Source of the DNA: a virus
Strand: one strand, 5' to 3'
Length of the DNA stretch: 64,000 bases
Virus record (IMG/VR): IMGVR_UViG_3300044213_000051
Coordinates: 1 to 64,000 of that record
The notes under the pieces are model-generated. The model was not told the DNA's origin, did not search any database, and saw only the letters and a list, made by a program, of their open reading frames with translations. The number at the start of each line of letters is the position of its first letter. Position 1 is the stretch's first letter. Position numbers and translations under genes: made by a program. Of this stretch, positions 9,932-18,836 are shown piece by piece.

Positions 9932-10369
9932 TCAACTCCATGTTCTATGTTTTTCAGCTACCCACTCTTTACCATCATACTCTTCAATTTGCCATTCAAC
10001 GCCATCAGGAATATTCACGATCTTTAGAGATGCGTGATCGCCGTTTGCTTCTTCTCCCAATTCCTCAATTACTTGGATTAGAATTGAATCATCACGAGAA
10101 ACGTCATGAGGATACCAAGTGTTATTCGAATATTCCTCATTGTATGCCTTACGGTCATCCATGGTCATGGCATAGAATGCTTCGCCTTCTTTTGATTCTG
10201 GTCGTTGCTCTGGTGGAACAAGCCAAACAGTGTACAATCCGAATGACTTAAACTTAGTATCCTCAGTGATCCAATATGGTGTGCCTTTGATTTCTAAATA
10301 ACGTTCAACAGCTTTTCTAGAAATACCAAACCCACCATAACAACAATTAATAACAACTTTAGCCATCAA
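9932..10369 (-). CDS. Conserved hypothetical phage protein
   Basis: KVVINCCYGGFGIS...RDD..LIQVIEELG...IEEYDGKEWVAE. Confidence 0.7.
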   Translation of the reverse strand: MMAKVVINCCYGGFGISRKAVERYLEIKGTPYWITEDTKFKSFGLYTVWLVPPEQRPESKEGEAFYAMTMDDRKAYNEEYSNNTWYPHDVSRDDSILIQVIEELGEEANGDHASLKIVNIPDGVEWQIEEYDGKEWVAEKHRTWS

Positions 10370-10566
10370 TTTACTCCTAAAACTTTATGAATAACCTTGT
10401 CTTTGATCATATCTGGAATCGTCAGATATGGAAACTCCAGGATATATGGGCAACCATTCGTATGCTTCCAAGAATATGTTTTCAAAAACTCTGCATACGC
10501 ATTAATATCTTTCTTATCGCGAACATTAAAAAATCGTTTTGGTCGAATAATTGTATCAAGAATCAC
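10366..10566 (-). CDS. Hypothetical phage protein
   Basis: 66-aa ORF with 4-nt overlaps on both sides. Confidence 0.65.
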   Translation of the reverse strand: MILDTIIRPKRFFNVRDKKDINAYAEFLKTYSWKHTNGCPYILEFPYLTIPDMIKDKVIHKVLGVN

Positions 10567-11873
10567 TTTATGTCCTTATCACTATCAGCTACATCTTTAT
10601 CATCGCGAAGTTCAATAAACACTGGAAGGAACAGAGATTCCTCACCAAGTTTATTTCTAATACGACAATTATACTTTACAGCTACGATTTTGTCAACTAA
10701 ATTTTCACCCCAGTAGTTCTTGCGTTGCGAATCACTGAACCCTGAACCAACACGAACCTTTACAACACCATCTGAGGATTCGCAAATAATCGCACCCAGA
10801 CTACCTGCAGCTTTTCCATTACCTTCTTCGACAGCAACAATCTTCAGGTCACATTCCAACTCACCTTTGAATTTAATCTGGTGCTTGGCACGTTTGTCTT
10901 CCCATGGACCTGAACCATCCTTCAGAATAATTCCCTCAAGACCCTGAGTCAGATACTGCTCGAAGATCTCGGTAGCCTGTTCTTGAGTCTCAACAATGTC
11001 GCTGGCCACAAGCCATACACGTTTGTCCTTGACCTTTTGGTTATCAATCAAACCTTTGAGTGTAGAAAACCTTTGTGAGTATGGAGCAGCACAGTAGCCA
11101 GTCTCAAACATCACATATGGGATAACGTCCCAAACAGTTGCGTGAACCAGTGCAGCTTCTTTCTCAGAGATAGTTCCCTTGTTCGCTTTGTTCAAAATAC
11201 CATTACCAGTCTGACGATCAGCGAACTGATGGTCGCCTTCGAACATAACAAGCAACTCACCATCAAAGACGCAATCAATATCACCAGCAAGAGCTGCGAA
11301 GTCAGCTTCAAGGTTACCCAACAGATGAATCTGTTTACCATTACGAGAACGGAACTCTACCTTTCCATCACGAACGATTGCGTTGAAACGCATACCATCC
11401 ATCTTTAGCTGAGCATAAGCAGGGAAACTAATTTTGTCTACCAGCTTTTGTTCAAATGGAGAACACAACATACATGGGTACTCGTGAATCAACCCCATCC
11501 AAACTTTGTTGGCAGTTGACACATCAACACCACACTTCAGATCCTTCTGAATAATACGCTCAATCACCTTTGCGTCATCAGCCGAGAGAACCTCAAGCAA
11601 CGAACGAAGGTGATCGATTGCTGCGTTACCAGTCACCAGACGTGACGACAGATCATACAGCGAATCAAGGGCAAACTTCAACGTAACGTTGGTTGGCTCT
11701 GTCCTTGGTGTATACGCAGGGATCTTTCGTTGATAGAACTGCGTAAATGGGTCGAGAGCCTTACGAACTACCTCACGCAGAACCTCGTTATCGCTGTTCG
11801 CTTTTAGTTGATCGATTTTGAAGTTGCGTGAATTGTTTGCCGCAAGACTCTCGAGAAAGACGTTTATATTCAT
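10563..11873 (-). CDS. 30: ATP-dependent DNA ligase (T4 gp30)
   Basis: KMDGMR adenylation motif, FDGELL, EGIILK, GSGF, SLFLPVF..LRDDK. Confidence 0.96.
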   Translation of the reverse strand: MNINVFLESLAANNSRNFKIDQLKANSDNEVLREVVRKALDPFTQFYQRKIPAYTPRTEPTNVTLKFALDSLYDLSSRLVTGNAAIDHLRSLLEVLSADDAKVIERIIQKDLKCGVDVSTANKVWMGLIHEYPCMLCSPFEQKLVDKISFPAYAQLKMDGMRFNAIVRDGKVEFRSRNGKQIHLLGNLEADFAALAGDIDCVFDGELLVMFEGDHQFADRQTGNGILNKANKGTISEKEAALVHATVWDVIPYVMFETGYCAAPYSQRFSTLKGLIDNQKVKDKRVWLVASDIVETQEQATEIFEQYLTQGLEGIILKDGSGPWEDKRAKHQIKFKGELECDLKIVAVEEGNGKAAGSLGAIICESSDGVVKVRVGSGFSDSQRKNYWGENLVDKIVAVKYNCRIRNKLGEESLFLPVFIELRDDKDVADSDKDIK

Positions 11874-12058
11874 TTGTGTTTCAATTCTTTAAAGGTTCTG
11901 TGACGCATGTCGAAACGGATCTTCTTACTAAACTTAGTAATCTTCTTCGTCTTTACATTATAGAAGGCAACCATGTACTCTTTAGTATCAGTAAGATAGT
12001 AGATGTGGTTTGGGAAGTCGCCCACCCAATCCTTGGTTGTTTCTTGGAAAACTCTCAT
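11870..12058 (-). CDS. Hypothetical basic early protein
   Basis: 62-aa ORF with ATGA overlaps. Confidence 0.6.
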   Translation of the reverse strand: MRVFQETTKDWVGDFPNHIYYLTDTKEYMVAFYNVKTKKITKFSKKIRFDMRHRTFKELKHK

Positions 12059-12258
12059 ATGAAAGACTTACGTGGAAAACCAACAGCGAAACCAGCAGTA
12101 CCAGTGGAAGCAACACGGGTATTCTTACACTTCATTGTTTGTTTTGGAGCTTTGCGAGATTTTACAACCTCAATTGACCCACCACGTTTCAGGAACAAGG
12201 CAACTGCATCGGCAGTTTCTTGACGGATCTGGGACTTAGACTTGTAAACTACAGACAT
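12055..12258 (-). CDS. Hypothetical basic early protein
   Basis: AAGGAG RBS before MSVVYKS; first gene after a consensus promoter. Confidence 0.65.
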   Translation of the reverse strand: MSVVYKSKSQIRQETADAVALFLKRGGSIEVVKSRKAPKQTMKCKNTRVASTGTAGFAVGFPRKSFI

Positions 12259-12288
12259 TTCAATCTCCTTTTCAATCATCATACATTA

Positions 12289-12317
12289 ATTATACCCCAA
12301 AGGTGAATATTTGTCAA
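12289..12317 (-). promoter_or_regulatory. Consensus sigma70 early promoter
   Basis: TTGACA-17 nt-TATAAT. Confidence 0.85.
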
Positions 12318-12334
12318 GCATTTTGTATGAATAC

Positions 12335-12374
12335 CCCTACTCCCAGTAGGGTTTTACAACCCTTACCTGTAGGG
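12335..12374. repeat. CCCTAC-N5-GTAGGG palindrome plus variant copy CCCTTACCTGTAGGG
   Basis: Related motifs at 19435, 20710, 20735 and 23028. Confidence 0.75.
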
Positions 12375-12384
12375 ACTTTTGAAA

Positions 12385-12411
12385 GGAAAAACCCCACGTG
12401 GATAGTGGGGT
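12385..12411 (-). terminator. Intrinsic terminator
   Basis: ACCCCAC/GTGGGGT stem followed by a T-tract on the minus strand. Confidence 0.7.
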
Positions 12412-12424
12412 CTGGGAAGGTTTT

Positions 12425-12727
12425 TTAGCCTGTAACTATTGATCCAGCTGGGGCGATTTGGATACCAGAACCAAACAGACGTCTGTACTCGTTTTCCATC
12501 TTAATGTCGGGGTTACCCTCAGATGCGATTGCAGACTTATACAGGACGACCTGACCATCCGCATAGGGCATGTATGGAGCAATACCCACACCTACACCCT
12601 TTTCGGTCTGTTGCATTACGATGGTTGCTGGAGAAGTCAGTTCATATGTATCTGAGACCTGAATCGTCTCCTTAACTTCACTAATAATCTCTTCACCACT
12701 AATCATCTTAAAAACTTTCACTGTCAT
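12425..12727 (-). CDS. Sm/LSm-like fold conserved phage protein
   Basis: VKVFKMISGEEIISEV...APYMPY...YRRLFGSGI. Confidence 0.6.
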   Translation of the reverse strand: MTVKVFKMISGEEIISEVKETIQVSDTYELTSPATIVMQQTEKGVGVGIAPYMPYADGQVVLYKSAIASEGNPDIKMENEYRRLFGSGIQIAPAGSIVTG

Positions 12728-12933
12728 ATTGAATCCTTGTCAACTATCATGTTAATAAAATCTGCAGCTAAATCTTGATTTGTGAATTGTTTTATAACAA
12801 ACTTTTCAACATCAAAGATATGCTGAGCCACAACTAAAACATCTTTCTTTTTGTATACAGAAATTTTCATGAGCCAATCCCCACGTCGTATACATACAAA
12901 CGAAATTAAATTCTGGGAGATCTTAGCATTCAT
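12724..12933 (-). CDS. Hypothetical protein
   Basis: 69-aa ORF coupled to the downstream gene. Confidence 0.55.
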   Translation of the reverse strand: MNAKISQNLISFVCIRRGDWLMKISVYKKKDVLVVAQHIFDVEKFVIKQFTNQDLAADFINMIVDKDSI

Positions 12934-12937
12934 ACCT

Positions 12938-13492
12938 TTATTTAGGTATGTGATTCACCCAGAATGTATTCTTAAACAGTTTCATGTTATTTTTAACAAG
13001 CATATCATATAAAGCAAGTCTGTCTAGATATGCGTCTCTAAACTTAGTTATCGGTGTCGGTGGTTCGACCTTAACCGTAGCGTCTGTTTCACCATAAGAA
13101 GAAACAACAGTCATGTCGTTCTTTCTGGCGATATGTTTCATCGCATCGTTCTCAGTTAAACAATGCATATACACTGTTTCAATACCCAGACTTCTAATAT
13201 GAGTAACTGCTCGCTCAAACATTATCTGAGCCAAACCAGCTCCACGATAATCTTTATCGACTGAACATCCAAGTTCAGCTTCATTATTACTAACTGATAC
13301 GTGACACGCAGAGATAAGTTCGTCATCGAAACAGCCAAACCAAACGTCACCAATTGTATCATCTACATACTTCTCAATGATATAATCAGATACGACTGCG
13401 CCAAAACGCAGCCTACGGTCTTCACCTTGTAGTCTGAGTAAGTGTTTCTTTAATTGGTCTTTTTCAAACCCGATTAATCTTCTTGGTACCAT
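12938..13492 (-). CDS. GNAT-family acetyltransferase
   Basis: SVDKDYRGAGLA acetyl-CoA motif A, CLTENDAMKHIARK; N-terminal HLLRL..EDRRLRFG. Confidence 0.85.
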   Translation of the reverse strand: MVPRRLIGFEKDQLKKHLLRLQGEDRRLRFGAVVSDYIIEKYVDDTIGDVWFGCFDDELISACHVSVSNNEAELGCSVDKDYRGAGLAQIMFERAVTHIRSLGIETVYMHCLTENDAMKHIARKNDMTVVSSYGETDATVKVEPPTPITKFRDAYLDRLALYDMLVKNNMKLFKNTFWVNHIPK

Positions 13493-13500
13493 AATTGCTG

Positions 13501-13520
13501 AAGGGGAGTTTCCTCCCCTT
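13501..13520. terminator. Hairpin / probable terminator
   Basis: AAGGGGAG-tttc-CTCCCCTT perfect inverted repeat. Confidence 0.55.
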
Positions 13521-13524
13521 GTTT

Positions 13525-13710
13525 TTAGAGACCTCTAGCTTGTCCGTCGTAATATTTACGAGTCCAATGCTCAACATCTGATGCAGATGTTGGTTTCTTG
13601 CTGTTAATATAATTCTCTAGTGGAGATCTTTTATATTGTTCAGCTTGAAGTCTGCGAGTTTCTTGGATAACCTCAACTACAGCCATCATAAACTTTTTGA
13701 TGGTTTTCAT
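13525..13710 (-). CDS. Small hypothetical protein
   Basis: 61-aa ORF directly after hsp20. Confidence 0.65.
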   Translation of the reverse strand: MKTIKKFMMAVVEVIQETRRLQAEQYKRSPLENYINSKKPTSASDVEHWTRKYYDGQARGL

Positions 13711-13711
13711 A

Positions 13712-14176
13712 TTAGGTTCTCGCTTTCACATTAACTTTCTTTGGTTTCTTTTCTTCTGGAACTAAACGCTCCAAGAAGATCTTCAACATACCATTGAATA
13801 GTTCAGCATTTGAAACTTCGATGTGATCGTCGATACCAAAGGAACGAGTGAATGCACGATTAGCGATACCCTTGAATACAAAGTTATCTTCGCTATCTTC
13901 GGTGCTTGATTGAGTATTACCTTTAACGATCAATTTACCACCATCGATTTCGATATCAAGATCAGCTTGACCGAATCCAGCTACAGCCATTTCGATGACG
14001 TAGTGTGTATCGTCTACTTTCTTGATATTGTATGGAGGATAGTTAGGGATGTTTTTGGTAACATCGTTGTGTAGTTTTTGGAATTGAGCGATTGGTTCTT
14101 CAAATCCAACGAAGAATCGATCAAAATCCTTAAACACGTCTTGACTAAAAAATGCAGGTACGAACTGTTTGTTCAT
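13712..14176 (-). CDS. hsp20: Small heat-shock protein Hsp20 (IbpA-like)
   Basis: NYPPYNI, IEMAVAGF, GIANRAFTRSF, NGMLKIFLE. Confidence 0.95.
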   Translation of the reverse strand: MNKQFVPAFFSQDVFKDFDRFFVGFEEPIAQFQKLHNDVTKNIPNYPPYNIKKVDDTHYVIEMAVAGFGQADLDIEIDGGKLIVKGNTQSSTEDSEDNFVFKGIANRAFTRSFGIDDHIEVSNAELFNGMLKIFLERLVPEEKKPKKVNVKART

Positions 14177-14360
14177 GTTGTTTCTCCTATTAAGCGAGTT
14201 GAAAAACTCTCAAGCAAATCCCCGAAGGCGAAATGAAGAGAGCCATGTTAAAATACTGGTTACGGGATCCAGCGACATCGTACGTCATGTCCGCTTTAAA
14301 ACGCTTCGTATACTTAGCGGTCCTAAGGTGAAGCCATTATACGTCCCATCCCGAGGGATA
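14177..14360 (-). ncRNA. Candidate structured RNA / hsp20 5' leader
   Basis: GC-richer non-coding stretch with several stems (GCUUC/GAAGC enclosing CUUAG/CUAAG, GACAU/AUGUC, CUGG/CCAG, CUCUC/GAGAG with CCUUCGGG) downstream of a CTAAATA motif. Confidence 0.45.
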
Positions 14361-14367
14361 GATTTAT

Positions 14368-14562
14368 TTAGGCAGCAGGTGTAGCTGGAGCCTCTGCTTG
14401 AGCAGCTTGTGCTGCTTCAATTTGCTTGATGATTTCTTGTGCTTGTGGATCGCCTTGCTCTTTGATCTTACTGATAACAGCAACGACTTCCTCAAAAGGA
14501 TGCTTACCCAAAACGCGAAGAATCATATTTACTTCATCGATAGTCAATTCAATTTTAATCAT
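14368..14562 (-). CDS. Hypothetical protein
   Basis: IELTIDEVNMILRVLGKHPFEEV..VI.KIKEQG.PQ. Confidence 0.65.
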   Translation of the reverse strand: MIKIELTIDEVNMILRVLGKHPFEEVVAVISKIKEQGDPQAQEIIKQIEAAQAAQAEAPATPAA

Positions 14563-14977
14563 TTCGTTTTTTTCCTATGTTGTATTTCGGCACTAATTCC
14601 CACTCAGCTTTCTCTTTGTAGGAAACCACTTTAATTTGCGAGAGAGACGCTTTTTGGTCCACTGTTGTTGGAACTAAAATCTTTAGAAGATCCCAGTCTT
14701 GCAACAGAGAAGCGATTGCGTTTCTTCGCTCTATATCACCAGAGGTAATATTCGATTCTTTACCATCCAAAGCAAAGAGTTCTTTGAAGTGAACGATAAA
14801 GTACCTACCTTGCTTATGTAAAATATGGCAAGATTGGTATAATTTCTTTTCTTTTCTGGAAGCGATGCCAATGCGAGTCAGTGTTTCACGAACCTTCAAA
14901 AAATTATCGGGTTCAGGTAGAGTCACTTCAAGCATGGAATCTGGCGTCCAGTCGTAATAAATCATTTCAACAGTCAT
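14555..14977 (-). CDS. regA: Translational repressor RegA
   Basis: FLKVRETLTRIGIAS, LYQSCHILHKQGRYFIVHFKELF. Confidence 0.97.
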   Translation of the reverse strand: MTVEMIYYDWTPDSMLEVTLPEPDNFLKVRETLTRIGIASRKEKKLYQSCHILHKQGRYFIVHFKELFALDGKESNITSGDIERRNAIASLLQDWDLLKILVPTTVDQKASLSQIKVVSYKEKAEWELVPKYNIGKKRND

Positions 14978-14979
14978 TA

Positions 14980-15366
14980 TTATTTTCCACCCTTATATAA
15001 TTTTTCTTCTATCATAGCCAGTTGTTCTTGGGTAAGAACACTTAATGCTTGTTTAGCCTTTTCAGCAGAGTATTTATAATACTCCATAACAAGTTTCAAA
15101 GAATCAGATTTGGCTTCTTTTTTAGCCCAGTCCTTTTTGAACCTCTTTTTCTTTGGTATACTATTTAGGTAAAATGAAAATTGCCACTCGGGTGGAATGT
15201 AATAATGCTGGTTCATCTGATTCACATACATAATTGTATCTGGAAACTCAGACAACCCCTTGTTTACTATAAATGCTGCCTTTCTATAATCTTTAGCTGC
15301 TTGTGGGTCTACGAATAGGTTTTCCTTGGAATAGTTAATCGCATTTAAAAAGTCAAAGGGATTCAT
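14980..15366 (-). CDS. 62: Clamp loader small subunit (T4 gp62)
   Basis: MNPFDFLNAIN..K, FIVNKGLS, YYKYS.EKA..AL; adjacent to regA. Confidence 0.9.
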   Translation of the reverse strand: MNPFDFLNAINYSKENLFVDPQAAKDYRKAAFIVNKGLSEFPDTIMYVNQMNQHYYIPPEWQFSFYLNSIPKKKRFKKDWAKKEAKSDSLKLVMEYYKYSAEKAKQALSVLTQEQLAMIEEKLYKGGK

Positions 15367-15538
15367 GTAGCACCCAATCCTCGGCTACATCTTCGGCTTC
15401 GTCAATTGTTGGAAATGATTTAAATTCATTATAATCATCCTGTGCGTCAAATAACAAAACTCCATATTCGCCATTCGCAGTTCTATAAACTCGTGCGTTA
15501 CGAGTTCCTTCAGTATATTCACTTATAATCGGTGTCAT
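15353..15538 (-). CDS. Hypothetical protein
   Basis: 61 aa, AEDVAEDWVL ending. Confidence 0.6.
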   Translation of the reverse strand: MTPIISEYTEGTRNARVYRTANGEYGVLLFDAQDDYNEFKSFPTIDEAEDVAEDWVLHESL

Positions 15539-15849
15539 TTGTCAAACCCCAAACTCTTCAAATTGTCTGGTTCGGCACCAAACAACTTTCCTGGATAACG
15601 AGAAGCTAAATTCTTCTCAAGTTCTTTACGAGTATTTCCCTGAGCCATAAAAGATTTATTCTCTGCATTATACACGTAGTATGTATCGTTTTCGTGCTCG
15701 ATAATAATACGAATAATGTTTGCCTTGACATCATCAACTACAGCAGTTTCAATTTTACCCATAAAACTTTTGACTCTGTATTGAGCATACAACTCTCGAA
15801 GAAGCCAACCTAAAGCAAATGATACGAAGAATGTAATAATAATGTCCAT
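15535..15849 (-). CDS. Hypothetical protein with N-terminal transmembrane helix
   Basis: IIITFFVSFALGWLL hydrophobic stretch. Confidence 0.65.
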   Translation of the reverse strand: MDIIITFFVSFALGWLLRELYAQYRVKSFMGKIETAVVDDVKANIIRIIIEHENDTYYVYNAENKSFMAQGNTRKELEKNLASRYPGKLFGAEPDNLKSLGFDK

Positions 15850-15856
15850 ATCATCC

Positions 15857-16810
15857 TCACTTAAACTTACAGTTGACCATAATCTCAGTCATAGCAGCCA
15901 TGATATTTATCTCTTGGTCAGCCACGAAAGCAGCTTTATATTGATAATCAGCAAGAACAAGAATCAATTGTGGAATACTAGATTCTTGTAATGTGTTGAT
16001 TGCGTTATCATAAAGTTCTTTGAATAATGCAGCAGTTCCAAGTTCAGAGTTTTTACCAACCCATTTCCGCACTTCAGAGAAATTCTTTTCCTTCAGATTC
16101 TTAATCAACTCTTTATATGATTCAGCAGAAGTATTTAGAAGGATTCCAGAATCAATCTTACCTGAAACTGAATAACGTTGTAGTTCGTTTAGAATACGAC
16201 GATAATCAGGGAAGTGTTTGATGATTAGTTCAGAAACAACCTTTGGATCAAAGTCAATGTTCTCTTGTTTCAGAATCTGAGTTGCACGCTTAAAGAACGT
16301 GGCAGCGATTTCTTGTTTATCTTTATTGTCGATCTTAAACTCAACAACAGCACAACGAGAATGTAATGGTTCAATAATACGATTCTTGAAGTTACACGTA
16401 AAAATAAAAGAACAATTGCTAGAGAACTGCTCAATGAAATTGCGCAAAGCTGGTTGAACCGACTCAGCGTTCATATAGTCTGCTTCATCGATAATAACAA
16501 CCTTCTTTGAGTCAGTCAAAGAAACTGTTGAGGCGAAGTTCTTAATTGTTGTGCGAAGAGTATCAATTGACCGACCTTCGTCAGATCCGTTAATAATAAT
16601 CCAGTCGGCACCAACTTCATTACAAAGTGCCTTCGCAATTGTAGTTTTACCAACACCAGCTGTTCCACAGAACAAGAAAGTTGGTAGTTGACCCTTGGCA
16701 ACATACTCCTTAAATGTTTTCTTTAAGGATTCGGGTAGGACACAGTCATCAATTTTCTGTGGGCGATATTTCTCAACCCACAGAAATTGTTCATCACGAG
16801 ATTCAATCAT
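15857..16810 (-). CDS. 44: Clamp loader large subunit (T4 gp44)
   Basis: LWVEKYRP, GTAGVGKTT, IIDEAD, SRC. Confidence 0.97.
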   Translation of the reverse strand: MIESRDEQFLWVEKYRPQKIDDCVLPESLKKTFKEYVAKGQLPTFLFCGTAGVGKTTIAKALCNEVGADWIIINGSDEGRSIDTLRTTIKNFASTVSLTDSKKVVIIDEADYMNAESVQPALRNFIEQFSSNCSFIFTCNFKNRIIEPLHSRCAVVEFKIDNKDKQEIAATFFKRATQILKQENIDFDPKVVSELIIKHFPDYRRILNELQRYSVSGKIDSGILLNTSAESYKELIKNLKEKNFSEVRKWVGKNSELGTAALFKELYDNAINTLQESSIPQLILVLADYQYKAAFVADQEINIMAAMTEIMVNCKFK

Positions 16811-17391
16811 ATATACTCCAACGGTAAAGTGGATTTCAAGTCATACATATAATCTTGTTTAACTGGAAGACCTGTATAAACAAAACTATATTTTTCTAAT
16901 ACAGGATAATACATTTCAATAGTATCCCGTTTTCTTTTGGCGTCAGTAAAAAACTTATCTCGTTCTTTTATTATTTCATTCTTTAAACCCTTTAGAGATT
17001 CTCCGTAAGAAAATAAAACTAGAACTGGATATGGGTGGTTGACGCTATCTCTATCATACATAGCAAACATAAACCCATCAATCTGATCAAAATGTTTAAA
17101 TCTAGACTCAGAAACGTCAAACTCAAAATATAAATTTTCAAGATTATATTTGTTTGTTGTTTTTCTGATAGTAGCGTTGACAGATTTATGTTCTACAGAA
17201 ATTAGACCAAGCTCTGGGCAAATACCATCTGCACCATATCTACCTTTCTTTTTAAGAATACTCGGAAAAACTGCCCGCATGTATTCAAATGACATAAATT
17301 CCCTCCAAGCATAATTGTCGTGGGGGTTTATGCCATATTTTAGTCTAAATTCTTCGGTCTGCTTTAATAGAGTTATTAAATCAGTAATCAT
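16807..17391 (-). CDS. Hypothetical protein, possible PD-(D/E)xK nuclease fold
   Basis: E...GADG-x9-EHKS motif; AT-rich; interrupts the 45-44 junction. Confidence 0.45.
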   Translation of the reverse strand: MITDLITLLKQTEEFRLKYGINPHDNYAWREFMSFEYMRAVFPSILKKKGRYGADGICPELGLISVEHKSVNATIRKTTNKYNLENLYFEFDVSESRFKHFDQIDGFMFAMYDRDSVNHPYPVLVLFSYGESLKGLKNEIIKERDKFFTDAKRKRDTIEMYYPVLEKYSFVYTGLPVKQDYMYDLKSTLPLEYI

Positions 17392-18047
17392 CCAGAGAAA
17401 GTAGAATCTGCTTCAACAGCTACGTAGTAAACTAAGTCACCAGCACCTTTGAAACGAGAGATCTTCTTGCTAGAGATGCTGACAGAATAGTCACCAGGAA
17501 GCATCTTCAAGTTTTCAACTTTCAAATTAACCTTGAATGTCTTATCAGTTTTACCAACAGGTTCGCTGAAATTATTACCAGTGGCATTTTTCTTATCACC
17601 AACAACTGCAGTGATAGTAGTACCATCACCAACGATAGACAAATCCTCAGAACGAAGAACGCCAGCAGTCTTACGAATCATATCCAACTGTTGGCTGGTT
17701 AACGTAAAGTCGATGTCAGAATCAGGGAATGTGATAGACTTAGTTGGAGCAACCAAAACGTCTGGAGCTGCACCAAAGTATTTGATGCTTTGACCATTCT
17801 GAGAGATTGTAACGAACTTATCATTGAACGTCAACTCAGGGTCTTCGAACACAGACATCGCACCCAAGAACTCATTCAAGTCGTAGATACCAAAATCTGC
17901 TGGGAAGGTTTCAGTTACAGTTGTATCAGCCATTACGTTTTTCTGAGACGAGATAGTTGACACTTTGTTACCAGACTTCAAAAGAAGATTGCTGTTAATA
18001 CCAGCAAAGTTTTTAATAAGGGTAACAGTTTCTTTAGAAAGTTTCAT
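17388..18047 (-). CDS. 45: Sliding clamp (T4 gp45)
   Basis: MKLSKET..LIKNFAGINSN, FGIYDLNEFL, NLKMLPGDY, YYVAVEADS. Confidence 0.96.
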   Translation of the reverse strand: MKLSKETVTLIKNFAGINSNLLLKSGNKVSTISSQKNVMADTTVTETFPADFGIYDLNEFLGAMSVFEDPELTFNDKFVTISQNGQSIKYFGAAPDVLVAPTKSITFPDSDIDFTLTSQQLDMIRKTAGVLRSEDLSIVGDGTTITAVVGDKKNATGNNFSEPVGKTDKTFKVNLKVENLKMLPGDYSVSISSKKISRFKGAGDLVYYVAVEADSTFSG

Positions 18048-18087
18048 TATATTTCTCCATGTAATTAACACATAATATGTATAAAAA

Positions 18088-18116
18088 ATTATACTTCATT
18101 TGAATCATTTTGTCAA
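18088..18116 (-). promoter_or_regulatory. Consensus sigma70 promoter upstream of gp45
   Basis: TTGACA-17 nt-TATAAT. Confidence 0.85.
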
Positions 18117-18162
18117 ATTTTTATATTCTTTAAACTTGTCAACCAATTCTTGGTGACGTTTA

Positions 18163-18513
18163 TCACTCCTTTGAATATTTCACATCATGTTCATACAGAA
18201 ACATCAGACAACACATTGCATGCGCCAAATGGTTCTTACCAGTTTCAGGGTCGTTTTGTTCACCCTCTTTCCATGCCCAGAGATGCCTTTGCATTGCGTC
18301 AAAGTATCTACGTTTTGAGTCAGGAACCACCTTCCAATTATCTGGTTCGTATTTCTCCGCACCAAATGTCAGGATTTCTACAGTAGCTTTCAAAGCCAGT
18401 GGCGGGACAAGACCATATTGTAACTTACCACCATCAAACTTTCTACCGCCAGTCGTAGCGTTTTGACTCGCCTTAACCTTATCTTTTACTGTAACAATCG
18501 TATCTTTTGCCAT
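18163..18513 (-). CDS. dATP/dGTP diphosphohydrolase domain protein (DUF5664-like)
   Basis: KFDGGK..YGLVP, FGAEKYEPDNW, AMQRHL.AW..GE..DPETG..HLAHA.CCLMFL. Confidence 0.85.
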   Translation of the reverse strand: MAKDTIVTVKDKVKASQNATTGGRKFDGGKLQYGLVPPLALKATVEILTFGAEKYEPDNWKVVPDSKRRYFDAMQRHLWAWKEGEQNDPETGKNHLAHAMCCLMFLYEHDVKYSKE

Positions 18514-18572
18514 TATTCCTCCAGTGAAATGACGAATGGACACTCAGAGAATGTCCATTCATAACTCACTGA

Positions 18573-18836
18573 TTAGCGTTGTGCAGTGAACACTTGTGCA
18601 CCACCAACAGCATTGGCGATAGCAACAATACGCTTGCTTGGTGCACCGATACGGTACTTAGTAGTCTTAGTACCATTCGCCAACTTAGCAGGATTTGCAT
18701 AGATGCAATGACCTTGACTGCGCAATTGGTGGATTGCGTCATGTGGATTCTTCAAACCAAATGAACCAGCAATCTGTTTAGCTGTAACTTGCGCACCTGA
18801 TTGCAAATAAGACAACAACTTTGCTTGTTTAGACAT
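18573..18836 (-). CDS. Small winged-HTH DNA-binding protein (putative)
   Basis: LLSYLQSGAQVTAKQIAGSFGLKNPHDAIHQLRSQGHCIY HTH-like pattern followed by a beta-wing. Confidence 0.65.
   Translation of the reverse strand: MSKQAKLLSYLQSGAQVTAKQIAGSFGLKNPHDAIHQLRSQGHCIYANPAKLANGTKTTKYRIGAPSKRIVAIANAVGGAQVFTAQR

Noticed and set aside
14255-14335. Specific ribozyme or riboswitch call (twister-like GGTCCTAAG on the + strand; HDV-like)
   Set aside because: Required stems and conserved nucleotides could not be completed by eye; kept only as a generic structured-RNA candidate
18163-18513. Z-genome (2-aminoadenine) system
   Set aside because: No purZ or datZ recognisable in the window; the diphosphohydrolase alone is insufficient
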